Source of the DNA: Folioceros fuciformis
Taxonomy: Eukaryota
Length of the DNA stretch: 38,786 nt
NCBI GenBank assembly: GCA_049999805.1
Contig: JBNGIO010006356.1
Coordinates: 577,273 to 616,058, forward strand
Direction of reading: 5' to 3'
A model generated the notes under the pieces. That model saw only the letters and a program-made list of their open reading frames with translations. It did not search any database and was not told the origin of the DNA. Positions 21,901 to 33,399 of the stretch are shown one piece after another. Position 1 is the stretch's first letter, and the number at the start of each line of letters is the position of its first letter. The translations under genes were made by a program, and so were the position numbers.

Positions 21901-22083
21901 GGTGGAAATAGAGGAACGCCGACCCATCTGCATATCCATTGCACCCAGCTCCAAATCCAGCCGAGCATGGGCAGGCCTGTAGAGGTCGAAAGCCTGCTGA
22001 AGGGGGAGCAGAGCTCCACATGCTTTGCCTCTTGCCCCGCCCCCGTGTATGGTCCTGAAAGAACTGTAGCCATAGAATCTCAA
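18997..22083 (-). CDS. PLS-class pentatricopeptide repeat protein with E1-E2 and truncated DYW (E+), organellar RNA-editing factor; first in-frame ATG at 21939
   Basis: About 23 P/L/S motifs (DVVTWNAMIAGY, LVNMYAKCGSL), P2-L2-S2 (HYSCMVDLLGRAG), E1/E2, then KEPGQSWW..HRFVVGDKKH..GYVP and a stop. Confidence 0.97.
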   Translation of the reverse strand: MRFYGYSSFRTIHGGGARGKACGALLPLQQAFDLYRPAHARLDLELGAMDMQMGRRSSISTMSLQDDPNPRRPAGYERGVTALTVMELCQQEKVPEAVEALGVLVQADWTVSKYLFYAVVKKCAVKKDVVLGRRAHALVVKIGYESDRFLCNHILRMYASYASLQEAMDVFTVVVEPDVFMWSSIISAHVSRGQSPEAIQLYHKMRLSRLKPDGHVFVAALQACARGGDLKSGQQVHADVLASDVEPDLFVCNCLVDMYAKCDRLEDAHSVFDGLRYKDVVTWNAMIAGYSQQGMGQQALQLYDAMQHEGMHAPNYVTFVCLLQACATVGAPALELGRQLHGQINERRLRADVVLGCSLVNMYAKCGSLQDAQSVFDRLGQKDVVTWNAMIAGYSQQGMGQEALHLYSAMRQEGSTQPDSVTYVSLLQACASVGIQALEMGNQLHKLIEQGGLQVDVVVGCSLVNMYAKCGSLQDAQTVFDRLPEKNVVTWTALITGYCQKGMVQEALRVYSTMQQEGVAVPNSITFLSLLQACASVGVMALEKGKQLHAQIREQGLQADVIVANNLLNMYAKCGSLQDAQNVFDELHQKDIVTWNTLIAGYSQQGMSQGAFNLYSDMRKEGATPPNSVTFVCLLQACANEGPLALEKGKQLHADIGEHGLQVDIFVANSLITMYAKCGSLEDAQSMFDGLVAKDVVTWNAMIAGYSQHGMAQEAFRLYSAMQQEGITAPNSVTFVCLLQACANVSALHKGKQIHGEIKRQGFQADWFIAISLINMYAKCGSMVDAQQVFDALSGKDIVAWNSLIAGYTRQGDTTVVFALLDKMREDGIQPDSITFLSLLTVCSHSGLVSKGREYYEAMRKDHGITPTTVHYSCMVDLLGRAGHLHEALAVVRTMPLQPHSAVWRTLLGACRKWGNVEVGRHAFEEAVKLDERDVAAFVLMSNIYTSAQMWQEAREIQARRTGIGAWKEPGQSWWTDMDGLVHRFVVGDKKHLDSAGIYARLKQLVSYMKKVGYVPRLDSSPPDFSEM

Positions 22084-22757
22084 GGCAACGAGCCTCGCTG
22101 CAAACCCTTTCCCCAGCCTGACTTCTTCTTGAAGTGGTGCTTACTAGAATACGTCCTGCAACCCCACCAATTTGCTGATTTCAGAAAACAGTTCCATGGA
22201 GCGGCTGACACACCCTCCAATCCTGTCAGGAGTCATAAGACGTCAAAACTTTGCAAACAGCTCCACCCTTTCATAAACCCTACTGCGGGTGCAGACGTAG
22301 TGCACACACGGAGAGATACTAACACGACGAAGATGAGCTCCCCAACGTACTCTGTTGGCATTTATATGTAGACTGTGGATGTACAGCGCTCTCGTGTTGC
22401 CAAGAAGTGACAACGAAGGCGCCGGGTCCCTGGCTCGGCGAAAGCTCCTGAACAGTAGCGCCGTTTGCGTTTTCGATGCAATGCATGAGCACGGCTCATG
22501 ATAGTACGTATTTATATAATACTGCCACGTCCAGGAGCTCGAGGCGCAGACCGACGTGCCACGACATCCGAGTTTAGCAACATTCTAACAGACTACGCTG
22601 ATAGGCAGCTGAATTCAGGCCAAGTTGTGTCACAGTTTGCTCTTCCCCACGTCGCGATGGAGGCTATATGACCCTGGGAACCGTGGCATTCTCCCCTCAT
22701 CAGTTCAGCTCTGACTGCTCTCAGGCCTTCAGCATTCAACATCGTCTCGTTTCTAAG

Positions 22758-23889
22758 ATGGCTTCCACGAGGCTCCTGATTGGACTTGTGATGGCCTTGC
22801 TCGCGGTGCAGGCCATGGCTGGACGCGGCCACGAGGAAGAGGGCGGTCACAAGTACAAGGGTTGGCACCCTGAAGGTGGTCATGGTCGACACTGGCGCCC
22901 CAAGGGTGGTCATGGTCACGGAGGCGGCTACGGTATGGTTTCGGCAAATTATCCTTGATGGAGTGTGAACTGTTGATGAATCAAGCAGATGCATGCGTTC
23001 GAAAGATGGTACATGGTTTGCAAACAGCGCGCATTGCTTGCAAAATGATCTGGGATTGTTTGCACGACGCATGTGTGTACCATTGTGACGTGGTTCCGGC
23101 TCTGGCAATGCGACAGACCCGTGCAAGGCATACCCATCCCTTTGCAAGGACCCAGTGCTCAAGACCCCAGGAGGCCATCAGTTCTACTTCCACGGCCACA
23201 AGGACGCCGACTTCTGCCTCGTCTCCGACACCGACGTCCACGTGAACGCCCACTTCATCGGGCTGCGCAGGGCCGACATGACCCGCGACTTCACCTGGGT
23301 GCAGGCTCTGGGACTGCAGTTCGGCGGCCACCAGCTGTACATCGGAGCCAACAAGGTGGCGCAGTGGGACGACGCCAAGGACCAGCTGTTCATCACCTTC
23401 GACTCCACCCCGGTCGTCCTTCCTGCCGGCGAGGGCGCCTTGTGGCAGTCACCCGCTAACGGCATTACCGTGCAGCGCCTGGAAGCGACCAACCTAGCCA
23501 GGATCACAGTCGAAGGAGTGGTGGAGATTCTGGTGAAGGTTGTGCCTGTTTCCCAAGAGGAGAACCAGGCGCACAACTACGGTATCGACTACAGCACCAA
23601 CTCGATGGCGCATTTGGACGTGAGCTTCAAGTTCGCCAAACTCACCAGCAACGTGCACGGCGTGCTGGGACAAACCTACGCGCCCGGCTTCAAGCTGCCA
23701 GAGAAGCTCCCTGGTCAGCTGATGCCCAGCATGAGGGGTGACAACAATTTCCTGGCTTCCTCCCTCTTCTCCACCGACTGCTCGGTGAGCAGGTTCGGAG
23801 GCGCTGCTGGAGAGCTCATTTCCAACATCGCTGAGCTGCAATGTGGCCCTTCCACAACCGGCAGCTCAGGCATGGTGTGCAGGCGCTAG
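22758..23889 (+). CDS. Secreted root-cap / LEA-related family protein; exons 22758-22932 and 23117-23889
   Basis: Signal peptide MASTRLLIGLVMALLAVQAMA and a His/Gly-rich linker. Motifs FYFHGHKDADFCLVSD, NAHFIG, RDFTWVQALG, AHLDVSFKF, VHGVLGQTY, FSTDCSVSRF and C-terminal GMVCRR. The intron at 22933-23116 keeps the frame. Confidence 0.93.
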
Positions 23890-24824
23890 ATATAATGGTA
23901 GCTAGCTTCACCACCTGCAGATTTCAACTGGATCAAGACGTGAATCGTCGGACACCAGCCTTAGCTTCCGTAGAGATGTGAGCCTACGCCTCCATTTCCT
24001 CTGTGTTGCGCAATGGTTTAGCCTCTGATTTGCTATAGTGCTCAAGGCGCAAGCCTTTGATTTCCTCTGTTGAGCTCTTACATATCAGAATAACAAGCTC
24101 GTAGCCGGGCTACATGGTTTCATGCACGTAGCCTGCAGGCGATTGTTTGGAACGAGCTTTCCCACTGACAGCAACAACCACTACTAGAATGCACTTTGTT
24201 GTCAGTCCGTCCGGACTATGTATAGGGACGGTTCATGCTTCACACGCTCCACCACGGTTCACGCTTGACGCCTCCATCAAGTGCATTCCATCCGTGCATA
24301 TTCAACACGCTCCAAATTGGAGCGTGACATTTTGACGGCGTACGGAGCCCCATCAATTTGCAACACTTCGGCTGAAATGTTGGACCTTCAGCCATTCGTT
24401 GGAGTCAGGCATCGAATGTTACTCACGTCCTTTATGTCCGGACTAGGAACGTGGAAGACATGCAAACAGTCTTAAAAAAGGAAGGAAATAATGAAAAATA
24501 ATTCAAAAGTTCACTGAATACTTTTTATCAACTACACATCGTTTATGGAAATCCTTTCATACAATGCCATTCGGTAAATAATACAGGGTTCTGGCCCTGC
24601 CGTGCACTTTCTCCCCCAACCCCACATGACAAGGTAGGCGGAGTAAGTTGAGCCTTGTGCATGTTCTGGCTTGTGCCATTGGTGGAGTTCCTGACGGGTT
24701 GCCCTCGCAGTTTGGTGTCACCTTCTGTGACACCAAGATTAGGGGCGGCCGATGATATGCCAAAATGGACAAACCGGACGGCCCCGACGCTTCGCGCAAT
24801 GCATGGACAGGCTGAGGAAACTAG

Positions 24825-27001
24825 TCAATGGCAGTGATGGACTACTGCCATAGTGCTGGAAGCATCAGCAAGGGCGCTTGAATAACTTGGATTAGCCTGA
24901 AGTTGCATGAGAAATGTGTATACCCCACCACCAAGCAGTAACGCTCCGCTGCATAAGAACCTAGAAGTTGTCAGTTAAAAAAGTTCCGAAACCTTGAAAT
25001 GGCAGATGCTTTGCCAGCTCACAGAAATCAGACCTGCCGGTGTTCGCCCAGCCAGATATTTGTCGTACAGAGAGCACTTTTTCCTGCGCATGACAGATCA
25101 GATGAGGGATCTGGAAGAACAAGGATTGACGATTGTCAAACCGCACTTGTCTACGACCTCCAGCACCAAGCAAAGGCGGCAGACAGCAACCAGAAAATAC
25201 ACAAAATACTGTCCCATGCTGCATCACCTCATCAGCTTGCACATAGACAGCTGTGAGCTACCTGCAGAACGCCTGCGAACGAGGCAGCGAGCAGCAAAGG
25301 TAATGTGTAGCCAAACGTGTAGACTAGTAGTAAACTCCCTCCGATAACGGGGTCCTGCCAATGCCAGATACAGCTCATTCTTGGATAGTGTCGTGCAGTA
25401 CCTCTCCCAAAAATGCCAGTGGGAGCAATACGTACCTGGGATGCTGCCACGTAGCTTAGAAGAGTTGCTCGTATGGGGGTTGTGCAAGGAGACGCCACAA
25501 GTGCAAACGTCAACCCAGCGACATAGGCCCGCAAACCTGTAGCGGCAATCACCACCATAAGTGAAATTCCTAGATGCTCACCATGTGTGCAAAACCAGAT
25601 TCTACTACATGAACTGAAACGGTGCACAGAACCTACTGGAAGGCAATTCTTGGCCAGATGACCCTAGTTCTGCTGTGTTCAGTCTCCAAATTTTGAAGGA
25701 TGGAAGTTGAAACACCTGATTGATATCATGTAGCAGATGAAAAGAGGTGTCCAAGAGGCGGATAATCGATGTCCCAGGTACATGGGAGAGATATGCTCAC
25801 CTGGAGAAGATTTAAGCCCATGAGCACTGCAACAATTGAAACGGCCACGGGTAGGCCTCGACCAACAGTACTGGCAGTGTCACTCAGAGGTCCTCCAATT
25901 TGGTTGGAACCCGAAACCAGGGCCTTTCCAGTCAGTGAAGCCGCAATTCCCATACCCGTCAGTGTAGTTGCTAGTCCCAAGCAAAATGCGATGGAGTTTA
26001 AGGTGGCCTGATATTGCACAGATAAATAAGTGTTTAATCACTGTACGACATCCCAGGACAAACATAGCTGTTGATGAACAATTAGCAGGAAACAAATTAC
26101 CTCATGGCGACTCTTACCCGATGCAGAAGCACCTGCCCAGGGCATACACTAGACATAAATACATGCGCTGTGAAATGCACACACCACTCAGCTAGGTGTC
26201 CAACAGAAGCACGAGAAAACCCGAGCAGTTACCGATGTAGCCCAGGGTAAGTGGTAAGACACTAAGTGTGCATGGCGAAAGGCTGGTAACTACTCCTGCT
26301 GAGAAGATGACACCCAAACTGCCAGGCGAAGATAAAAACATTCAGACTGATCAGATACCATGCTGGCTGTTGCATGACGAGGATGACCTCCTTCTTCCCT
26401 TTGATATCACCAATTTGAGCAATCTGGAAATTACTATAAATCAAGACTACATACCTGGCAGGGCTAAGAGCGGCAAGCTGTAGCTCAACCAAGGAATTGG
26501 CGCCATCAGATAGATCCCCGAAAAAGGCAGTGAGGGGAGAAGTGAAGTGCCCTGAACTCAGTTCACCCTGCAGTCCAAAGACATGAAAACGTTCAACAAG
26601 CATGGTCTGCTGGCCTACAATTTCATTTGATGCAGCAGAGAGCAGCTAATGAGCTACAAAATTTCAGGATCGCCTCGAACTGTTACCAGAAAATGAGTGA
26701 CACCGGAAAATCCAGTAGCAGCCAAGTCAAGTATGGGAGCTGCATCCACGCTGCCAGCCAGCAGGCCCGCTTGAACAGTCGACCTGCAACGCACTCTTCG
26801 TCTGGACGGACAAGGTGATTTGAATTGCAGAGGGTTGCCAGCGAGGCAACTTTTCCAGCACAATCGCGGACCCGCGGTACAGGTCCCGACAGCTGGAGAC
26901 TGTCTGTGAGATGTCCTGCAGCTGGTACTCAAGGCGGAGGAATAGGCTGAGGCGAAGGACAATTGGGTAGCTGCATCGCGGAAATTCGTGGCAGAGGCCA
27001 T
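24825..27001 (-). CDS. ccdA: Chloroplast cytochrome c biogenesis protein CcdA (thiol-disulfide transporter), multi-exon
   Basis: Transit-peptide-like N-terminus. Two redox Cys motifs, [19 protein letters not shown] and LVASPCTTP, plus [23 protein letters not shown] and [12 protein letters not shown]. Confidence 0.93.
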
Positions 27002-27299
27002 CCTGCTCGCTGACTCTTCAGGAAAATCCGTGCCTGTCAGAAATCTACAGTTCGCTCATCCTTCCTTACCTCCTGCAATGCAGATTTCGAGAGCCAAGCC
27101 CGTCGAGAGGGTGGGGGCAAATATCGGAGCGAATCAGAGAGGCGTGAGAAACCGTCGCATGCGACGCACACGCAAACGAGGCGTGTCACGCTCCGTTAGC
27201 TGCCCACTGCCCCAAAGCCTCCAGCGATTGCCGAGGGGCAGACTGCAAGTACGGGCAAAAGGCCCGGTGCCGAGCCTGTGGGTTCGGCACTCACGTACT

Positions 27300-27900
27300 G
27301 GTACACTGTACTGCCGTGCGTAGTACAGTTGATCGTAGTGAGGAGGAAACGCAATAACACCACGGTAGGTGGCATTTACTGTTCCTGGAGTTGCACACAA
27401 GATGTCCTGCACACCGTTGGGATGGGTGACGAGTAAGGTTTGCATGTAGATCACGCCTCGAGGCTCGACAGTGTGTAAGAATGTTGTAATGGATGAACTC
27501 CTACAATGAATGTATGGTGTGCAGAAGAAGGGGCAGACATGAAGAACGAAGCTGAGAACTGTGAGGAAGAGACAAGACGTGCGGAACTTTGTCAGGTCCA
27601 GGTTCTAGTTGAGTTCAGGTCCTGCAGGTCTGATCCAGTCAGGTGTTGTCTGGTAACGGGATTGCAGACATTATTACCAGTGAAGGAATGAATTAGAGCT
27701 GTAGCTCAGGCATACATCCGAGCTACATACTGCATGTCTTTTGCCGTGGGGGAATGGGACGTGAAGATGAGGGATGAGGCAAGGCGAGAATCCAAGACAA
27801 TGAATCATCTCGCGTTCGGCAGCTCGACGACGATACACTGGACAAGCAAGGGTGAGATTAGAATCTGCGAGGTTGCCGTGGAGGAGTGCTGCCTGCAGGA
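27300..27900 (-). pseudogene. Possible decayed F-box gene
   Basis: VCNPVTRQH at 27669-27643 resembles the VCNPxTR/K motif of plant F-box proteins. Weak F-box-like fragments (QILISPLL.., SWILALPHPS) lie upstream in different frames, with stops. Confidence 0.25.
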
Positions 27901-29281
27901 CCTTCTATGCTTGGTGTCAGCCTCTAGGACAGCACACCACTGTGCATATCGCGCCGATGCCTCTCCCATCTCACAACGGAAATTGTTTGTCGTGTCTCTT
28001 GCGGGGGAAGATGCAGACATGTCAGGCACTACTGTAAAACGTCGTCACATACTGTACCCGGATGGCTTTAGGCCAAGACTTAAAGAACGTCGTAGTCAAC
28101 CGCTCTACACTGCTAGAGGGACCATTACAGGGGAATGCCTCCAGCACTAGCAGCCGAGTTTCAGTCCATGGAGGAAGTTGCCCAGAGCCCGGGTCCATGG
28201 CGGGCATGTCCGTTCCGTAGTGAACTTCAAATGAAACTTTGTTGTTTGATTGTAGCTGGAGCGATGTTGAGAACATTTTCCCTACATCAGTGAACACGAA
28301 GCTTAGGGTGGCGTTCATAACCGTGTCTAAAGTGTTGGAACACCTCAGGCTCCCATTTGGGTGTGAATGTGTGTGTGATAGCTGAGCAAGGGGGCTTCCT
28401 TCTCAACTTCACAGTACGAATTAGTAGTGAGGAGAGTCGAGGAAGAGAGGAGTGTTGGTGCATGGCCAAGTCGCATCGTAGAATCCGACAATCCGGGCAG
28501 AGCAAATCGAGTTATTGCTTGTTTGGAAATATCAAACCCTGAGCGAAAGACATCAGGTACCTGAGGCCGTGGTAAGCAAGGAACAGGAGGACGAGGAGAG
28601 TGGTTCATTACGGCTATAAGAGTGTGTAATAAGCGCAGTCTTTCACAGGTGAAGCGGCATAGCAAGCTGAACCGAAAGGGGAAGAGCCAGACGACTGGCC
28701 CAAAGCTTGCAAGCACTGCAATTCGAAGTGGAGACAAAAGCCAGCTGAACGGAATAACAAATCACCGAGACACGCTAAACGCCAGCTATCCGGCGGGCGG
28801 TATGTTGTAGCTTCATGATAATAGCAAAGATCAGTGTTCAGTCATTCAACTGCAATGTCCTATCATGAACAGATTCACAAAAACTGCTACACTCTAGTTT
28901 GAAGTATTAGAAGAGCCTCATTTGGCTAACTTCAGTGCTTGTAGTAAATCAAGAGGGGGACCAAGAGTTATGTTCCCGCAGAAGACTACAGTACCTCCAC
29001 TTAAACCCTGCTGTCGTCCAACCACCCTCCCTCCTCTTCTTTTCGAAGTCCTGACTCCTTCACACTGCTGCGGGTCTTTCTGCCCAGAAGAGAGTGACGT
29101 GGGAGGAGGACTTCTTAAGGCAGGAGGTAGATGAAAGCGTCTTATCATGAAGAAATGCAGTAAAAAAAAAAAAGTCACGGAAAGGGTTTTGCTGTAATAG
29201 AGAAGCTCATAAGAGCTGATCAGACAAGAACGACTTTGAAAGACCCCAAGACTCAAGTGCAAACAGGTTCACGGCAACTCA

Positions 29282-30946
29282 TCAGACGGCTGATCCTTTG
29301 GGTTCAACGCCGGGGCCCACGACGCTGCTCCCCAGCTGCCCTGGCCCCTCTTCATTCTCTCCCGACAACTCCTCCAATGATTTCCCCCTGGTCTCCGGAA
29401 TGAAGACCAAGGTGCAGAGGAAGCCCACAAGGTTGGTGATAGCCAGGATGAGCAGAGAGTTCTTGATTCCAATACCCTTGGGATATCCTTTGTCAGGCAC
29501 GGATGTGCTCTGACTAGCGTACAGGAATCCGAAAGCTCCCACGATAGCCCCCGCCTTCCCTGCAGCAGCGGAAATGCCGTGGCAGGTAGACCTGAGCCTG
29601 GCAGGGAACAGCTCAGCCGGAAGGATGAAGGTTGTGGAGTTGGGCCCAAAGTTGGCGAAGAAGAAGGTAAAGGCGTAGAGGATGATGAAGGCCAAGTGGT
29701 TTCCTCCACAGAAGCCGGATGAACACTTGTCTCCTCGCAAATTGTAGTAGTCGAGAGTAATGATGAACATGAAGACCGTCATGAAGAAGAACCCAATCAC
29801 CTGAATGAGCCATCTCCCGATGCTGTCAATAAAGAGGACCGTGACCCAATAACCGGGCACCGTGGAGCAGAGAGCGATGAGAGCCTGAGCCCTGCTGACA
29901 ACAAACATCTCCTCCAAGGCACTATATGTCTTGGCAGAGTGAATCCAGCCGACGGCTGACAAGACATCCTTCTGGAAAAGGTTCTGACTGTAGAAGGCGA
30001 TGTCTAACAAGAACCAGGTAGAGGTGGTGCCGATGAGGTGACGCCCGTGCCTCCTGACGAACTCGGCGGAAAACAAACCATACTGCTTGTCCCTGATGGC
30101 CTTGTACTGCTTGGCCTCGGCAGCCCTGGCTTCGTTGGCATTGACGTCGTCCGCGTCAAACTGGACCTCCAACACCCTGCCCATGTCCAAGGCCGCCTGC
30201 TTGTGGTTCCCCTCCACCAAAGCCGTGTAGCGCGCCGTCTCCGGCATCTTCATCCTGTAGTAGTAGGTGAGAAGGGCAGGCAAAGCCCCGACTGCAAAGA
30301 CGATCCTCCACACAAAGTCCGCCTGCGGTGGAGTGGAACCGATGGGATCCTTGGAGAAAGGTTGGCGCGGGTAAGCGGCCTTGAAGGCGGCCGAAACGAT
30401 GATGGAGACAGCCGCGCCAGCCAAAATTCCGGTGCCCTGCATGGCGAAGACGGCAGCGATGAAGGCCCCCCGCGTCTTCTTGTTGGCATACTCCGACATG
30501 ATGGTCGCCGAGAGCGGGTAGTCCCCTCCGATGCCGAATCCGAGCCAGAAGCGGAAGAAGCAAAGCGAGGCCATGACCGCCTTCGTGGTGTGGCCGAAGG
30601 AGAGCGCGGAGGCCACGGAGCAGATGATCATGATCATGAGGGTGAGCCCGTACACCTTCTTCCTCCCCATCTTGTCTCCGAGCCAGCCGAAGAAGAGCTG
30701 GCCCGCCAGAGTCCCGCACAGCGCCACCCCATTCACCGCCGCGGACACGTTAGCGGGTAACACTCCGGGCGAAGACGAGGAGGGATCGTAGTAGTAAATC
30801 CGTCCCAGCAGCCGCGTGACGGTGGAAATGCAAAAGAGATCGTAGGCGTCGGTGAAGAACCCCATCCCCGCAATGATGATCGTGGTGAAATGGTACCATT
30901 GTGTCTTCGCCTGATCGAGCGCATTCAACACCTGAGCAGTCGGCAT
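29282..30946 (-). CDS. PHT1: PHT1 family high-affinity phosphate:H+ symporter (MFS), intronless CDS, 554 aa
   Basis: PHT1 signature [37 protein letters not shown] and [19 protein letters not shown]. Confidence 0.99.
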   Translation of the reverse strand: MPTAQVLNALDQAKTQWYHFTTIIIAGMGFFTDAYDLFCISTVTRLLGRIYYYDPSSSSPGVLPANVSAAVNGVALCGTLAGQLFFGWLGDKMGRKKVYGLTLMIMIICSVASALSFGHTTKAVMASLCFFRFWLGFGIGGDYPLSATIMSEYANKKTRGAFIAAVFAMQGTGILAGAAVSIIVSAAFKAAYPRQPFSKDPIGSTPPQADFVWRIVFAVGALPALLTYYYRMKMPETARYTALVEGNHKQAALDMGRVLEVQFDADDVNANEARAAEAKQYKAIRDKQYGLFSAEFVRRHGRHLIGTTSTWFLLDIAFYSQNLFQKDVLSAVGWIHSAKTYSALEEMFVVSRAQALIALCSTVPGYWVTVLFIDSIGRWLIQVIGFFFMTVFMFIITLDYYNLRGDKCSSGFCGGNHLAFIILYAFTFFFANFGPNSTTFILPAELFPARLRSTCHGISAAAGKAGAIVGAFGFLYASQSTSVPDKGYPKGIGIKNSLLILAITNLVGFLCTLVFIPETRGKSLEELSGENEEGPGQLGSSVVGPGVEPKGSAV

Positions 30947-31008
30947 CTTGTATCCCTTCCTCCCGCCTTCCCCTCCCGCCTCTTAGCGAAATCGAGCTAA
31001 CGCACCGC

Positions 31009-31032
31009 CTAGGCTCCCCGCCTGCCGCTCAT
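31009..31032 (-). promoter_or_regulatory. 7-codon upstream ORF (MSGRRGA*) in the inferred PHT1 5' UTR
   Basis: ATG AGC GGC AGG CGG GGA GCC TAG, ending 62 nt before the PHT1 ATG. Confidence 0.5.
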
Positions 31033-31037
31033 ACCAC

Positions 31038-31442
31038 CTGCAAAGCCGCGCCACACACAACAAGACCTATTCACTTTCCGACGGCCATGCGGTACACTCC
31101 ACTCGTCCGTCCCGTCAATAATTGTCCTTCCCCGGACACGCTCTCCACACCACACACAACACCACAATTTTCGCGAACGAGGAAGAGCAGGGAAGGGCAG
31201 GGCAAAGCCAGGCAAGGCAGAGCAGAGCAAGACGGAAACAGAAAGAGAGCCAAGCAAAGCAAAGCAGAGCAAAGAAGGGCAAGGCAAGGCAAGGCAAAGC
31301 AAGCAGGGAGCAACAAAACGTGCACACGAGCGTACTCTAACGCTCCAGAAATTTCCAAGAAGAAACGACATGCGAGCGAGCGGCATGCGCAGGCGTGAGA
31401 GTCGAAGGCGGTGCTTCTTCCGATGGCCAGGCGGTAAGTCAC
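31038..31442 (-). other. Putative 5' UTR intron of PHT1 containing a pyrimidine-rich pentamer microsatellite
   Basis: Donor AAG|GTGACT at 31442 and acceptor TTTGCAG|G at 31038. CTTGC/CTCTG repeats run from ~31190 to 31305. Confidence 0.55.
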
Positions 31443-31715
31443 CTTAAATACGTTGAGGGGGTGGAGAGGACAGATCCCGAGGAGACCAAGCTGTGCTACG
31501 CTGAGCTGAGCTGAGCTGAGCCGAACCAAGCCGAGCTCCCCAAATCGCAGTTGCGCTCACCTCTAGAGGGACTTGTGAGAAAGAGCTCGCGTGACCCAGT
31601 CCTACATATACTGTCACGCATGCAGCTTTTCTCTGGCGGTGGCAACCTGTGTGGGTTTGTCTGGGCAGTGACGAACTGGCGGTCGCGGACCGGCGGTCCT
31701 CCGAACTCCCTGCCG

Positions 31716-31723
31716 GTATATCC
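31716..31723. promoter_or_regulatory. P1BS (GNATATNC) site 1
   Basis: GTATATCC, the site nearest to PHT1. Confidence 0.65.
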
Positions 31724-32241
31724 TCTTCAAGAGTCCCCAGGGCGGCCCTGCCGTGCCAAGTCACCTTCCTTATTTTTTTCTTCCCTCTCTTCCGCGTCCA
31801 ATAAACGAAGATTTTGTGGCCCAACCGGGGCAGGCGAAACGCGGGGTAGGAACTGGCGTATCCACAGCCGCCCGCTGTCTTTGGTCCCAGCCTCACCTCC
31901 TCGCACAAAAAATCCAAATACAAATCCAAAACAAAGTTACATATACCACCACGGATCAAGCAACTTGGTGGTGGCAGTGTTATGTAGCTTCAGTGCAGCC
32001 CTTCCCCCGTTCTCCCCTCCCTTGGTTCGCTTCTAATCCACCCACTCTCACGATTGGAATTCCGCAGCCACACAACCCAAACGCAAAATTTCACCCCTCC
32101 CCAAAGTACATGTACAGATTGGAGAAGCCAAGGTGGTACCCAGAATGCATTATTCCCCTGCTGTAAGTGTGAATGTGACTGACTTACTGACTTTGAGTGT
32201 GCCTTCCATGCCCGGGGCTCCCAAGCAAGTAAGAAAGGATG

Positions 32242-32249
32242 GAATATTC
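32242..32249. promoter_or_regulatory. P1BS site 2
   Basis: GAATATTC, a perfect palindrome. Confidence 0.65.
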
Positions 32250-32505
32250 AGGTGGAAGAAAGGGAACCATCCCCGATACCAGCACCCAGGCACAGGCTCA
32301 GGCACAAGCACCGGCACAAGCACACGAAGAAAGGAGCATAAGCGGTTGCACGCGGCAGAGGTGCAGGTACGATACTTTGAAGGACGCGTTATGCGGACAC
32401 CAAAAGCCGCAAAGAAAAAAACAATAATCAAAACCCGGAGGGCCCGGGGGCAGCTGGCTGGGGTAGCGTTGCGGACAAGGGGTTGCACCTGGGAGACACC
32501 TGTTG

Positions 32506-32513
32506 GCATATTC
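32506..32513. promoter_or_regulatory. P1BS site 3
   Basis: GCATATTC. Confidence 0.6.
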
Positions 32514-32728
32514 CTGAAGAAGATGTGAAAGATGCCCCCCGAGCCGCAGACGGAGCAGAGCCAACAGCCGGTTCCCGACCGCATTCAAGGGCAAGGGTGA
32601 GGAAGAAAGCACGGAAGACGGTTCCACTCCACCCGGACTGTATGTATGTACACATACCAACGCCAAAGGCCCCAATACAACACATGTGGATTGACAAGAC
32701 AGGACAGCTTGGTCTGGCCTGGCCCATC

Positions 32729-32761
32729 TCCAGCTCCAGCTCCAGCTCCAGCTCCAGCTCC
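32729..32761. repeat. (TCCAGC)n hexamer microsatellite
   Basis: About 5.5 perfect copies. Confidence 0.9.
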
Positions 32762-33005
32762 GGCGCCAGCCTTAGCCCTGGCCCTCGACCGACCTGTGGG
32801 AATCTGAAAGAACAAAATCGGGGCCCGGCTAGCCCTGTCGCCTGCCTTGCACATGCTATACATAGATAAGAGAGGAACGCCCTTCCCACTTGTCGCCCAC
32901 CTTTTCCTGTCCATGTGGCTCCCGGGCAACCGGAAGTGGCAACCGCCTACGGGCTTCACCCTGGGAAGGCTCTGTCTCACCCGGTTCCATGCAAGCCCGG
33001 TATCG

Positions 33006-33013
33006 GCATATTC
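33006..33013. promoter_or_regulatory. P1BS site 4
   Basis: GCATATTC. Confidence 0.55.
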
Positions 33014-33399
33014 CGGCAGGATTATGCCGGATACTTGCCGCGATCCAAAATATCAGATCGACGCCAATCAGCCAGCAGTTGACCCCCCAAAACCAGGCAC
33101 CTCTTCCGGTACCGGTACAGGTGCCCTCTCCAGCGGCTCCACCTACACAGTCAACGCTGCGTCACTTGTTACCGGTGAAAGCAACACCCGCATGCCATCA
33201 CAGCTACATACCTCTACATACATATACATACATACATGCATGCTGAATCCACGTACATACATGCTTACTCCACCTTCACAGGCACCCACAGTTGTAACCG
33301 CGCTCTACTGTGTACGACTCTGGGATTGAAAGCCAAGTTTAGTCCACCTCGTTAACCGGACTAGCCGCCGACACTCCTCCCACGTGCAGCTATTTCAAG

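Noticed and set aside
22955..23245. Apparent frameshift in the root-cap gene
   Set aside because: Resolved by using the acceptor at 23116 (ACAG|ACCCG), which gives a continuous frame.
30038..30760. Long antisense and alternate-frame ORFs over PHT1 (also over the RING, PPR and root-cap genes)
   Set aside because: Shadow ORFs caused by high GC at third codon positions.
5947..30946. Phosphate gene cluster (EXS protein plus PHT1)
   Set aside because: The genes are over 20 kb apart with six unrelated genes between them. The EXS gene is the SPX-less ERD1 type, and I saw only near-miss P1BS motifs upstream of it.
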